A stretch of 64,000 bases of DNA, from positions 3,038,001-3,102,000 of the forward strand of contig OX597836.1 in assembly GCA_951406725.2 (NCBI GenBank). The letters are read 5' to 3'. The stretch comes from Octopus vulgaris (lineage: Eukaryota). The first letter of the stretch is position 1, and the number at the start of each line of letters is the position of its first letter. Shown one piece after another: positions 11,526 through 24,127 of this stretch. Both the position numbers and the translations under genes were made by a program. The notes below the pieces were generated by a model. That model saw only the letters and a list, made by a program, of their open reading frames with translations. It did not search any database and was not told where the DNA came from.

Positions 11526-13540
11526 GCTCCCTTAAGTCCGTTATGAATGTGAAACCTAAAGGAATCCCATGAACCGGCCTTATCTAACTTTGATATACAT
11601 GTGTGTGTGTGTGTGTGTATTTGTGTATTTCTGTATGTATATGAGAGATATTGTATTTCCTTAAAGGTTCCACTTGTTATACTTCAAGCTATGTTAGGAA
11701 ATGACAAAGTAATGAGATCGTGTAACAACAATAATATATTAAGAGACAACAATACACGGATATACGTGGATATCTCGTTGATGATCTTGTTCATTTTTCT
11801 CTTTACCTTTTCGATTGAAATGAGAAAACTTCCGATATCAAGTAAGGAAATATATTTCCGCACACACATTCACATTCTCACACGCACACACACGCACACA
11901 CACACACACACGCACAGTCATACACACAGCTTCATTTCTGCGCATGAACATTTTATATTTGCTAACTTTGCCTTGGGTTATCATTCCACAAAACTATCGT
12001 GCGATACTTTTATAGTTTAAATATATACCAACAGCAGGGAGCTCTTTAAGGAATCGATGTACGTCTTTACAATTTTTCACGAGAGCTAGAAATTGAGCGC
12101 CTTCAGCAAAGATAGAGAAATGTCGAGAATTGTCAAAAATCGTGATAATTCACTTGCCGGAAACGTAGTCTTTGTTCGATTCAATTTTCAACTCAGAATT
12201 TTCCAATGTAAAATAAGATTGAACATTTTCTCTTACATGAAAATATCATGAATATATAATATAATAATATTACAAAATTGGTTTCATTTCTAATATAGTG
12301 AGAAGGTCATAAATGTTTGAGCCAGAAAATAGTGGTACAAATCGCCCCCGGATTAATAAAATGCAAAATCGAAATCAGAACAAAAATTTAAAATCGCTTC
12401 ATAAAATACCACAAGGAATTATTCCTGACGTGTTTATGTTTCTGTCTTTCAATGATATTTGGTTCCGAACGAAACCACCACCACCACCACCACCACCATC
12501 ACCATCATCATCGTCATCATCATCATCGCTTGCCAAGAGTGTCAGATAGCTAAAACATTACCGTTGTGGTTTTCATAATTAATTCTCGTCACGTAGTTAG
12601 ATGGTTAAGCCTGATCGCCATAGTGATATAAATATCTAGATACCATTCGATCGTCAGTCGCAAAGAGCCAACCATTAAACGACGTAATTCGTTTTGAAAT
12701 TTCGATAAGCAACCAGTCGACAACGAGTAATTCTTACAAACTTTCATCGAAAAAAAATCGCATTTATGTGGGTTGAATTTGAAATCACAATTCAGATTTA
12801 TTGAACAAAATAACGTTAGACATCTCATCGTAAAACCAAACAAATCTAGCAACCCATCGCCCTAGAATGATACTTTTGTGTATCAAATTGAATGGATGGA
12901 CGACGTCGTTGAAATTCGAACTGAGAATGCTATAATTTTCGCCAAACTCTGTAATGGTAGCAGAAGAGACTTCGCTTCGTAGAAATCATTGCCTGTTATT
13001 ATCAATGCTTCGTGTAATGAAATATGTATCCTCGTGACATAGCAACCAATACAACCAGTTGTTTCATATTTATTGACTTAAAAGAAATTTGCATTTGAAA
13101 TAATGATTTGCACAATATCGAATGTCTTTGATATATAATATTTCATGTGGGATATCGTTTATTGTTATGAAACAAAATGGTATCCTAGTTTACTAAAAAT
13201 ATGTCTGTCCAAGTCTCTATATATCAATGAGGAAACTATGTAAATTTACTCACATTGCTAGAAACAGTAGGTAAAATTCCCTGGAAAGGAATTCTGTATT
13301 TTCGTTTATTATAGAAAGGACAAAATATCCATAGCGGCGAGTGAAATATCTGTAATCATAAATCCGCGATATATCTTCTCCAAACCTCACAAGGCCATCT
13401 TTAATAATACAAATGGGGGAAGATTATCAAGCAAAACACAGGATTGCCATAACTAGAACGTCTTTGACTATATACCGGATGATAACAGCAACAGGAAAAA
13501 AACACCACTTTTCTGAGACAAAATATCTACATGGTCGTTC

Positions 13541-13993
13541 GAAGGCGGCGAGCTGGCAAAATCGTTAGCACGTCGGGCGAAATGCTTAGCGGTGTTTCGT
13601 CTGCCGTTACGTTGTGAGTTCAAATTCCGCCGAGGTCGACTTTGCCTTTCATCCTTTCGGGGTCGATTAAATAAGTACCAGTTACGCACTGGGGTCGATG
13701 TAATCGACTTAATACCTATGTCTCTCCTTGTTTGTCCCCTCTATGTTTAACCGCTTGTGGGTATTAAAGAAATAGGTATTTCGTCTGCCGCTACGTTCTG
13801 AGTTCAAATTCCACCGAGGTTGACTTTGCCTTTCATCCTTTCGGGGTCGATAAATTAAGTACCAGTTACGCATTGGGGTCGGTGTAATCGACTTAATCCG
13901 TTTGTCTGTCCTTGTTTGTCCCCTCTGTGTTTAGCCCCTTGTGGGTAGGAAAGAAATAGGTACATCGTCTGTCTTTACATCCCGAGTTCAAAT
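13541..13993 (+). mobile_element. SINE family A head-to-tail array (two young units plus a stub of an older unit)
   Basis: Full tRNA-like head GAAGGCGGCGAGCTGGC...GAGTTCAAATTCC and central domain GCCTTTCATCCTTTCGGGGTCGAT. The tail ...AAAGAAATA is joined twice to GGTATTTCGTC / GGTACATCGTC. Confidence 0.92.
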
Positions 13994-14256
13994 CGGCATC
14001 TTGGTGTATGAGAGGAAACCGACGACCTCCTTTCTATAATACATTTATATTACACGTGACAAAATTATGATGCTTCTTCAGTTGGTTTATGGTATCCAGG
14101 GCCGTTGGTATCCAGTGCTGTTTCTTTGTGTCGATTTCCAGTCGATGGTTAGTTAAAACGATTTTTTTCTACGTTTCGTTTGAATAGTGTCCTTGGTGCA
14201 TTACATGTATGAGATTTGTTGCCCTGTGTGGGTGATATCGTCATCCTGCTACTGAC

Positions 14257-14560
14257 GATCCGTCGGTTACGACGACGAGGGTTCGAGTTGATCCCATCAA
14301 CGGAAAATCCTGCTCGTAATGTTGATGTGAAATTGCCTGCGCACTTCCGCAGAACCCTTAAAGTAATTTTCAGGAGGATCCAGGATGTGATAAGGCTGGA
14401 CCTTTAAAATACAAATACTGCTCATATTCTCCAGCTTAATGGCTAGAAGCATCGTGAATTAAAGCGCCTGACTGAAGCAGACAACACGCCGATGGGAATC
14501 GAACTCATGACCTTACGATTGTGGGCGAATACCCTAACCACAAAGATACGCGCCTTCACT
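14257..14560 (-). mobile_element. SINE family D, full length, diverged
   Basis: Reverse complement head GTGAAGGCGCG...GTGGTTAGGGTATTCG...GAGTTCGATTCCC; tail ...AACCCTCGTCGTCGTAACCGACGG. Confidence 0.8.
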
Positions 14561-14701
14561 TGACATTCTCATTTCCCAACTTACGAACAGTCCTTGTTAA
14601 TATAATTACTACTGAGGGTCATTTTGTCGGCTGCTGCTTAGAAAATGTTGTTGATGTTAGTAATGATGTACCGTGTTGCGACTGCAATATTTGGTCGAGT
14701 T

Positions 14702-14950
14702 GAGACTCGTGGCTAAGTGGTTAGGATGTCGGACTCATGTTCGTAAGATTGCAGTTTCGATTCTTGGATCGGTTGATGGGTTGAGCACTCGAGCAAAACA
14801 CTTCATTTCATCTGGCTTCAGTCCACTTCGCTGGCAAAAATGAGTAACCGTACGATGGACCGGCGTCCCATCCAGGTGCGGAATTTTCCCGCTGTAAAAA
14901 CCGGGAAACCGGCCCTTATGAGTCGGTTCCAATCGGGAAGGTGACTTTTA
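14702..14950 (+). mobile_element. SINE family E (related head, different 3' region)
   Basis: GTGGCTAAGTGGTTAGG...TTTCGATTC head, CAGTCCAC...AAAAATGAGT core, then CGATGGACCGGCGTCCCATCCAGG. Confidence 0.75.
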
Positions 14951-15495
14951 CTAATATTCGGTCGACACGTCGTTGCCCTCATTAATCACTGAACTCATAT
15001 CTCTTATTGTGGCTCTCCTCGCCTTCAGTTTAGCTGTTCCTAATTATTTTTCCTTCATTCTTATTGTTCTATTTGTTTCTACAAACCCTTACCACTTCAA
15101 CCGCCACTTATTCTGTGGTGGTAGTTCTGGTTGTAATGGCGCCTAAATAAGTGAAGATCGTCGTTGTCGTCGTCGTCATTGCAAGACGCGAATGGGAGGT
15201 TTCCTGTTGCTTCTACTGTTCTTCCTGACACCATTCTGTCTCGTTGGTCGGCTGCCAAATTTATCGTTCATATTTATGTGTTGAAAATTTCTGTTAAATA
15301 AAAATTCCTCTCAAATGTATAGCCCCATTGGAGTGAGAACAATAGAAGCAACGAGCCCCTTGGGGTGGAGGTCAATTCGGCAACAACTTGTAAGAAAATC
15401 GACAAAACTAAATTCCCAAACGGACAAACTAGCAACAAACTTTTAGCAATTTGCAGAGCAGAACAAAACAGGAATGATGCAAATGGTAAAGGAAA

Positions 15496-15539
<44 letters not shown>

Positions 15540-15574
15540 CAAAACGAAAAACGCCAAGAATAGTAATAATAATT

Positions 15575-15706
15575 ATTTCAAATTTTTGCCACAAGGACAA
15601 CCTGGGAGAGGGGATTAAGTCGATTTCATTGCCCCCCATGTTAAACTGATAATTATTTTATCGACCCCGAAAGGTTGAAAGGCAATGTCGACAGCAGAGG
15701 AATTTG
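15575..15706 (-). mobile_element. SINE family A fragment, older tail type
   Basis: TTTATCGACCCCGAAAGGTTGAAAGGCAATGTCGAC plus a CCTTGTGGCAAAAATTTGAAA-type tail. Confidence 0.75.
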
Positions 15707-16591
15707 TTGTCTGCTTCAGTAAGGCGCTCATTATTTCATTTTTAAATAACGATATTCTCTAACCGGTAAATTAGCTGCAGAAATTTATTAGCTGCAGAAT
15801 TATTTCCGGTCTCAGCGCTCCAAAATGAAGACATTTGAAAAATACACCAAATATAATTTGCAAAGCTTTATAAATGCTCTCTTTCGGGTGAGCGTTGTGT
15901 GTCTAGCCCTGGAAATTATATTTTGTAAACGACAGATTATGCTGATCAGCCTGCAGATAGTTACATGCGTAAATATTAACAAGCGAAACCATTGGTACGT
16001 TTTTATATTTCGTATATTTTCATTTGTCTTGCTCATTTTTACAATCTATCGTTTTACTAAGATTTTTTTCTTCCAAACACATTCTTCGTGGCTAGGCAGT
16101 TTGACGTCTATATCTAGCATTTTAGGAGTCCCCGTTGGTGGTCATTCCTCTTAATTCTGTATGTAATATAATTGTTAATCTTCGGATTTCTTAAATATGC
16201 TAAACCACTCGTTTTAATCGATTAATATCAATGTCTACCCTAATTATTTAATATATATATATATAAAAGCAATATCCAAGTGTATGGAATGGTATCAAAT
16301 TATCAAATGCATTTCGTTCTGTAAAGCACGATCGTTTTTCTTTCTTCCGCTCGTTCGTTTCTACGCCATAATGTCGTGACAACACTTTTTTTCTGTTGCT
16401 TTATTATGTATTAATGTTCTCCACATACGTAAGTATTGTATTGCGTATCATATATACAATCACTAAATGTCTCGTTGGAAAGTAATGTATAGTAATATAT
16501 AGGCATAATGCATTGCATTAAACTTCAAAGTATTTCAGGTAAATTCCAAGTTTGGTATTTAGCACTGGCGCTAGTTTGTTTACGTTGAAAA

Positions 16592-16751
16592 GACTCAATA
16601 CAAACCAAACTGTATCTGTATAATTATTCAAAGAAAAGCAAGGAAATTTTAGGAGGTTTACCCCGGGATAAAGTGTGTTTGCATTCCGTCTTTATTGACA
16701 TTAGACCTGCAGATCGTTTGAAAGTATTACGGTTTTGTTTTGTATTGAGTC
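16592..16751. mobile_element. MITE-like / foldback element with ~24-bp terminal inverted repeats
   Basis: GACTCAATACAAACCAAACTGTA (16592-16614) versus TACGGTTTTGTTTTGTATTGAGTC (16728-16751). No clear TSD. Confidence 0.5.
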
Positions 16752-16767
16752 ACACACCAGCTTGCCT

Positions 16768-16807
<40 letters not shown>

Positions 16808-16867
16808 ATATTCAAGGACGAAATTATGAAACTTTCCTTCATCGTAAAATCAGAAAATATATTGAAA

Positions 16868-17410
16868 CTAGCAGTATAACACGGCTTTACCCGGGATTAA
16901 GTTAGGATTATTAAGCGAATCAAGTTCTTTATTTCAAACCTAACTAAGTAACATCGACCTCAAATTTGGGTGAAATCCGTTGAAATCTGATATATATGTA
17001 TATATATATATATATGCGCTACACAGACACACACATAGGTACGTAGACTTATTGCATACATGTTTTCTGTAAGCATACATGTCCATGTGTGTGTGTGTGT
17101 GTGTGTGTGTGTGATGCAATTTTTTCCGAGACAGAAAAATAAACAAGCCTTAACAAAAACTTACTCCTCGCTAGAAGGGGACTTAACTCCTGTTTGCAAA
17201 CAATGGTGATTACTCTGACTTGAAAATTGTTAAATATTGGCTGAAAATTCCTTTTACTACTTTTCGCTGGTGCCTCTGGGGAAAATAAGTGGACGAAAAT
17301 ACAGCTAGGATCATGACGAATGTCCTCCTAAAATTGGAGCGATATGCGTGCTAATTTGTGGACGTGCATAAATAACATTCACGTACACACACACACACAC
17401 ACACATCCTA
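16868..17410 (-). mobile_element. Non-autonomous Helitron remnant(s)
   Basis: 3' end CCCGGGTAAAGCCGTG-TTATACTG-CTAG|t is closely similar to the 3' end of the element at 9323. The 5' boundary is uncertain. Confidence 0.5.
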
Positions 17411-17729
17411 CCTGAAAATCAGTGAAGCCACAGCAATTCGAACACCGCCGTGTGGCAGACGACTGTTACTTTTTCACCTAGGTGGTGCCAGAAACACATA
17501 ATTTCCAATTTTGTTTTATATTATAATATTATATTCTGTGATAATTATTGTGTTTTACAATATTTTTATGTTCAAATCTAAATTTTATTTCATTCTAATC
17601 TGTTTATTGTGTTACAACTTCACTTCGCACCTTTACATCGATTATATATAACTTTGTTTGCAGATTATTTTATTGTTGTATACATATATACATCCGCCGA
17701 TAGCCAATAAATGAATTATTAAACATTAT

Positions 17730-17735
17730 CATTAC

Positions 17736-17787
<52 letters not shown>
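17730..17787. repeat. (ATT)n microsatellite
   Basis: Directly visible. Confidence 0.95.
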
Positions 17788-18214
17788 GACTGTCTTTGTT
17801 TGTAAACATACATGTGTGTACGTATGTTTGTGGGCATGTATGTACGTATGATATATACATACGTGTGTATATTAACGTGAACATATGTGTTCGAATCGAG
17901 ATATTAATCTCAATAAACTGACAGAGACTAGACGATTTTACTGTAGGCATAGAACAAGTAAATTTATCATGTTTTATTTTTATAAATATTAAAAAGCTCT
18001 TACATACATGTGTCTGCGTTAATATGTACGTGTGGTCTATATATCCAAACACACTTAATTACATTATAGACATACACACACACATGCATACACACATTAT
18101 ATATACATATGTGTGTGTATATATGCATATATGTGTATGTATGCACGTATATATATATGTGTGTGTGTATGCATATATATGTATATATGTATGTATATAT
18201 ACATATATACATAC

Positions 18215-18268
<54 letters not shown>

Positions 18269-18542
18269 ATATATACACCAAGGAGTACACTTACACACAC
18301 AGATGTGTGTGTGTGTGTGCACATGTGTGTGTGCACATGTGTGTGTGCACGTGTGTGTGTGGGAAAATCGATTCTCCTGTAAAAGCATTGGACTGAGAGC
18401 TTTGTGGAATTGGGGAGTTGGTGCTATGTCTCTCCGTAATGAGCTGAAATTCTATCCATATCGAAACCCGGTTTCATCGTTTTGGGAGCAAGAAAGGAAA
18501 CACCGAACTACAAGTCACTCTGAATATTGTCTCTCTTCTTAA

Positions 18543-18755
18543 AGCGACGAGAAGAGAGAATTGATAGAATGGTAGACGAAATGCTTAGCTTGTTCCTCCC
18601 ATCTTGATTTTCTGAGTTCAAATTCTGCGGAGATCGACGTTGCCCTTTATCGTTTCGGGGGGTCGATAAAATAAGAACCATTTGAGTGTAGGTGTCAGTG
18701 CAATCGACATCACGCCTCCCCTGAAACTGCAGGCCTTGTGCCAAAATTTGAAATC
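18543..18755 (+). mobile_element. SINE family A, older subfamily
   Basis: GAAATGCTTAGC...TGAGTTCAAATTC...GGGGTCGATAAAATAAG...GGCCTTGTGCCAAAATTTGAAA. Confidence 0.8.
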
Positions 18756-18807
18756 AACGTTATGTTTCTTCTGTCTTATTTTCTTCTCATGTTTTCTCCT
18801 TGCTTTT

Positions 18808-18850
<43 letters not shown>

Positions 18851-19029
18851 TGTCTCCCTGTCTCCCAGACCTTGCTTCCCTCTCACTCTCTTTTTACCTC
18901 TTTTTCTCTCGAGCCTTTCAAATTTGCTCCAACTGGGAAAAATTGTCGGCGATAATTCTTCCAGAATTAAGATGCATATAAGACATATGATGTGCGTGCG
19001 ACGACGGCAGCTCTACAACTCTGTCAGAT

Positions 19030-20465
19030 CTTATGAGAATAAGGCAATTCCGGCATCACTAGCAGACGATTCCCGTCTTCCTGCTATGTAAGTGTATATT
19101 CTTTTGTGCAGCACCCGTCCATATTAAAGAATCTCTCAAATTCCTTCTGTGGATGTATTCTGGTCTTTGGTGAACTTTTATAGAAAATATTTTTATTGAA
19201 GTATACAGTTGCTTGGAGCTAGATTTACCGCCGTACCTTGAAGAAATTATCCATGAATTCTGCAGAATCTTTAAGTCACGAGCTCTTTGGCCCCTGACAA
19301 TCCACCTGTGTAATTAATTTGAGTAAACGTATATTTTACATCATCTTATTATACATTTATGGGAATAAGTCAGTTCCAGCATCGCTAGCAGACAATTCTC
19401 GTCTTCCAGCTATTTAACTATATGGTCTTTTGTGCAGCATACGTCCATATTAAAGAATCTCTTAAAGTGAATACCAAAATATTTGGCTTTCTATCAAAAT
19501 ATTCACAATAAGTTTGATATAAAATTTACCTTTCACGTGTATGTATATATATAAATAGTTAAGTGTACTACACGTAGCACCGACCCGCTACAAATAATAG
19601 TCAGAGACAGCTACAACCACAAATATTCACCGATATCCATTAATTCGAAATCGTGACGATATGGGTATGTCTGGCGTTTCGATTTACGACTCTTTTCGGT
19701 ATTGGTGCGCGAGCTTATAATTTTTCCCATTACTGTTGCTTCAGTTAATGTGTATCAGTGAAAATTTGCGCTTGTAGTTGTCTTGTGACTGATATATTTT
19801 AGCGTGCTGGTGCTACCTATAATGGCATTAATTATTAATTAAACATTTTTTTACGTCAAGGTATATTTTGACGCATGCTATGACACTTGATATTATTGTA
19901 AATGGGAATCTCTTTATACATATGTGTGTGTAAATATGTATATATATATATTTATAGACAGATACATACATACATATACATACATACATATACATACATA
20001 CATACATACATACATACATACATACATACACACACATATATATATATATGTGTGTGTATGTGTGTTTCGGTGTGTCCACGCGTGTGTGAATCTATATTTA
20101 TTTCTATATATATATATATGTTTTTATAGAAGTGATTCTGCGTTGTGTGTAATTGACGTGGTCCCGTTTAATGCCTTGTCGACTTATGAAAAGCATATTT
20201 AGGTTTGTTCTCTGCGTCGGTGATATTCTTGAAAGTTCAAATTCCTTCTGTGCATGTGTTCTTTTTCTTTGGTGATCTTTTATAGAAAATATTTTTTATT
20301 GAAGTACACAGTTTCTTGGAACTAGATTTACCTCCATGCCTTGAAGATATCATCCATGAATTCTGCAGAATCTTTTAACCCATCAGGTCTTTGGCCCCTG
20401 ACAATCCACCTGTGTAATTAATTTGAGTAAACGGATCTTTTATATCATTTTATTATATATTTATG
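19030..20465. repeat. Local segmental duplication (~330-bp unit; 19030-19140 ~ 19358-19468; 19136-19360 ~ 20237-20465)
   Basis: Shared strings such as GTCCATATTAAAGAATCTCT and TCTTTGGCCCCTGACAATCCACCTGTGTAATTAATTTGAGTAAACG. Confidence 0.85.
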
Positions 20466-20466
20466 C

Positions 20467-20680
20467 AAAGGTAGTGAACTGGTAGAATCGTCAGCACGCA
20501 GGGCAACAAACGTAGTAGCATTTCGTCTGTCTTTATGATCTGAGTTCAAATTCCACCGAGGTCAACTTTTCTTTTCATCGTTTAGACGTCGATTAATTAA
20601 GTACCATTTTACACGCAAGGGTCGACTTAATCGACTTGGCCTCTTCCACAAAATTTCTGCCCTGTTACCAAAATTTGAAA
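20467..20680 (+). mobile_element. SINE family A, older subfamily
   Basis: AAGGTAGTGAACTGGTAGAATCG...TTTCGTCTGTCTTTA...GAGTTCAAATTCCACCGAGGTC...AAGTACC. Confidence 0.8.
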
Positions 20681-20979
20681 CTATTCCATGTTTATGTCAT
20701 TTTATTTTTACTTCATGTCCATTTATTTCCTTTGTCTCTCATTATCCATTATTTTGCTTAAATTAAGATTAGTGAATCCCTTGGTCCCTGTCTACCACAT
20801 AATGTTACTTGACATGACGTGGGATATATTTAGATTTTATCTATTGATGAAATCAGGTTCTTCTAGGGATCTGCTGAGGTCAATTAGTTGCATGGATTTG
20901 TGATTATCCAGTAGCGTTCTAAGATGCTGAACACACGCATTCATACAAACGTGTACGCAAAATTATTTACAACTTTAAA

Positions 20980-21700
20980 TTAATCCTCCGCGAAGAAAGG
21001 TTGTAAAACATCCGAAATATGGACTTCATTTGGCCAAATAAAAATATATTCACGTTTAATACATGTTGAATTTATGGTTATACACACACCTGCAATCCGA
21101 TTAAGTGAAGATGTCCACTCTTGTTAATTTAGACATTCACATTGTATATAAAAGTACTCTATATAGTGTGTCCGAAGTGATGTTCACCTTATATATATAG
21201 ATATATATATAGTCTATTGCCCTCGTGAAGAGATGACTGCATCCAACGAAGTACTGGTTCAATACCTTGTATTTTAGGGGGATGAATTTCCCTTAAAGCA
21301 ATAAGGATATATTAAGCATATAGATAATATACTTATAAACGCAAAGAAGAAAATAGAGATAAGGAAGTTTATAATTGTTTCTATCAACAAGTTGGTCATC
21401 TTCGCTTCTTACAGCAGTCTCCATTAATACTAAATAATTTAATTACAAATGTCTACATTAAATTTATATTTATGTGAAATTAGTATAATGTCATCAGAGT
21501 CTACTGTAAGGAATTGACAGGGCCACATATAACATTCACAGGTAAAACAGTTTTTCACTGATGAAATGATACTCATGTCACATAACTATAAATTTAATGT
21601 AAAATGTCTAATTAAATTATTGAGTATTTATTGAAACGGTTGTAAGAAGCGAAAATGACCAATTAAACAATAATTAACTTTCTTACCTCCATTTTCTTTT
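20980..21700 (+). pseudogene. Possible very decayed Penelope-like 3' end (GIY-YIG C-terminus plus hammerhead-like pLTR)
   Basis: KYWFNTLYFRGMN* at 21249-21296 resembles the E.YWI..L.TL.P.GLN end of PLE endonucleases. A CTGATGA...GAAA motif lies at 21558-21641. Confidence 0.3.
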
Positions 21701-21743
21701 CTACTTATATATATATATATATATATAGATGGACACATATATA

Positions 21744-21802
<59 letters not shown>

Positions 21803-22035
21803 TATATATTTATACATATATGCATATATATATATATTTGTATATATATATGAATATATATATATATGTTTATATATATATGTATATAAATATATATACA
21901 TATATATACATGCATATGTATTTATATATGTACATATATATATATATATATATACATATATACACCAACACATATACATATACACAGAATTGTCTAGAGG
22001 CATGGAGGTATATTTATGTGTTAGTGTGTATGTAT

Positions 22036-22096
<61 letters not shown>

Positions 22097-22688
22097 AATA
22101 CACATATATACATACATCCATAATAGATGTATATATATGTATCTTTACACACAGAGTAGAAAAATAATTAAATTGAAAATATATAACAAACCCAGCGAAA
22201 ATATATTTTTGAAACAATCTCTCGATTTCCCAGAGGAATTTCTTTCGAGAATTGTAATGACTTCTGTTCATCATTCTCCATGTTTACCTTTTTCTCTTTT
22301 CTTCTTTCCTGGTTTCTGATTACTTTCGTATTTTATATTTGTGTTTTATTTCAAAAACTGCAATAATGCTAAAAGCTGTCTATACAAAAGTTCTAGACTA
22401 TAGAATATTTACTGAAGTCAGGTAAATAATTGGTATTACATATTTATTTGTTTGTTCATGCTGTTCTTGTTGTGGTACTGCTTGTTGTGTTTGATATGTT
22501 GCTCGTGTTCTTGGGTTGGCGGGGCTCTAAGTCTTGATGGAGTTGTTACTGATTTTGCCTCTGTGTTATATCATCTGCTATATTGAATATATGTGCCTAA
22601 GCACTAAGTTGGCGTGTAATACATGCATACATATATACATATATATAAATATATGCATATATATATATATATATATATACATAGATAT

Positions 22689-22739
<51 letters not shown>

Positions 22740-22750
22740 TACATATATAC

Positions 22751-22893
22751 TCTTTTACTCTTTTATTCTTTTATAAACCCAGTACTTATTCTATCGGTCT
22801 CTTTTGCCGAACCGCTAAGTGACGGGGACGTAAACACACCAGCATCGGTTGTCAAGCAATGCTAGGGGGACAAACACAGACACACAAACACAC

Positions 22894-22924
<31 letters not shown>

Positions 22925-23059
22925 CAGTTTCTGTCTACCAAATGGTCGGCCCGGGGCTATAGCAGAAGACACTTGCCCAAGGTGCCACGCAGTGGGACTG
23001 AACCCGGAACCATGCGGTTGGTTAGCAAGCTACTTACCACACGGCCACTGCTGCGCCTA
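22751..23059 (-). mobile_element. SINE family C (internal microsatellite), flanked by (TA)n
   Basis: Reverse complement head GGCGCAGCAGTGGCCGTGTGGTAAGTAGCTTGCTAACC...GGTTCAGTCCCACTGCGTGGCACCTTGGGCAAG; tail AAAAGAGTAAAAGA. Confidence 0.9.
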
Positions 23060-23060
23060 C

Positions 23061-23093
<33 letters not shown>

Positions 23094-23239
23094 GAGGGCG
23101 ATGTATATACAGATGTATGGATAAAAACACCGATATTTAGTTGATGTAGATAGACAGACAGACAGACAGATAGATACATATACAGATAGATAGAGAGGCA
23201 GATAGATGGCCATAATATGTCATTGCATATGATGTATGT

Positions 23240-23519
23240 ATTCTTTTATTTGTGTTAGCCATTTGACTGCGGCCTTGCTAGAGCACCACCTTCATTCGAA
23301 CAAATGGACCGCAGGACTTCTTTTTTGTAAGCCTAGTACTTATTCAATCGGTCTCTTTTGCCGAAGCACTTCGTTACGGAGATGTAAATACACCAACATC
23401 ATTTGTCGAGAGATGTTAGGGAGGAAACACACAGACACTCGACCAAGGTGCCATGCAGTGGGACTGAACCCAGATCAATGTGGTAGGCAAGGAAACTGCT
23501 TATCACACTGCCATTTCTG

Positions 23520-23524
<5 letters not shown>
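23240..23524 (-). mobile_element. SINE family C, internally deleted
   Basis: Same tail (CATTTGACTGCGGCC...GAGCACCACCTT) and head (CCAAGGTGCCATGCAGTGGGACTGAACCC). Confidence 0.8.
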
Positions 23525-23603
<79 letters not shown>

Positions 23604-23702
23604 TGAAATTCATTCAGCGTCATGCTCTCTAAAGTAATGCCCTCTGGTATGTTCTCTTACATTGTATGACATTTGTGTCACTACATTACAAAAGTGATGT
23701 GC

Positions 23703-23758
<56 letters not shown>

Positions 23759-23890
23759 GAGGAATTTAATCTGAACTTACGTGAAATGCGCAAGTCCAGA
23801 GCCAATTTCACTTTGTTCCCGACCTACGGTAATGAACAGGAAATACAAACGTATGAATATAAATATTTATATAAGTCTCCGAACTCACAT

Positions 23891-24127
23891 TTGTGTGTGA
23901 GTCTGTGTTTCACCCTCACACACACGCATACCGCTTGACAAGCGGTTTTCCTGTGCTTACCTATACCTTGTAACCAAGATGTTCGAGAAAAGGGACCAAT
24001 GGAGCTAATATCTGGCTTTTAATCCGTAATATAATTACTGGATCGATTTGATCGACTAAAATTCTTCACGGCGGTGCTCCAGCAGGGCCCCACTTTTATG
24101 ACTGAAACCAGTACAAGATAAAAGACA
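23891..24127 (+). mobile_element. SINE family C 3' half, diverged
   Basis: CCGCTTGACAA...TCGACTAAAATTCTTCACGGCGGTGCTCCAGCA...ATGACTGAAAC. Confidence 0.7.

Noticed and set aside
13541-13630. tRNA-like A/B-box sequences here and at other SINE heads
   Set aside because: There is no complete cloverleaf, and each continues into a SINE body.
13541-13993. Repeat-spacer-like periodicity suggestive of CRISPR
   Set aside because: The units are ~185-bp SINE bodies with no unique spacers or cas genes, in a eukaryotic context.
18430-18480. Further hammerhead-like strings (also 22225-22280 and 45925-45985)
   Set aside because: Core and stems are too degenerate to call by eye.
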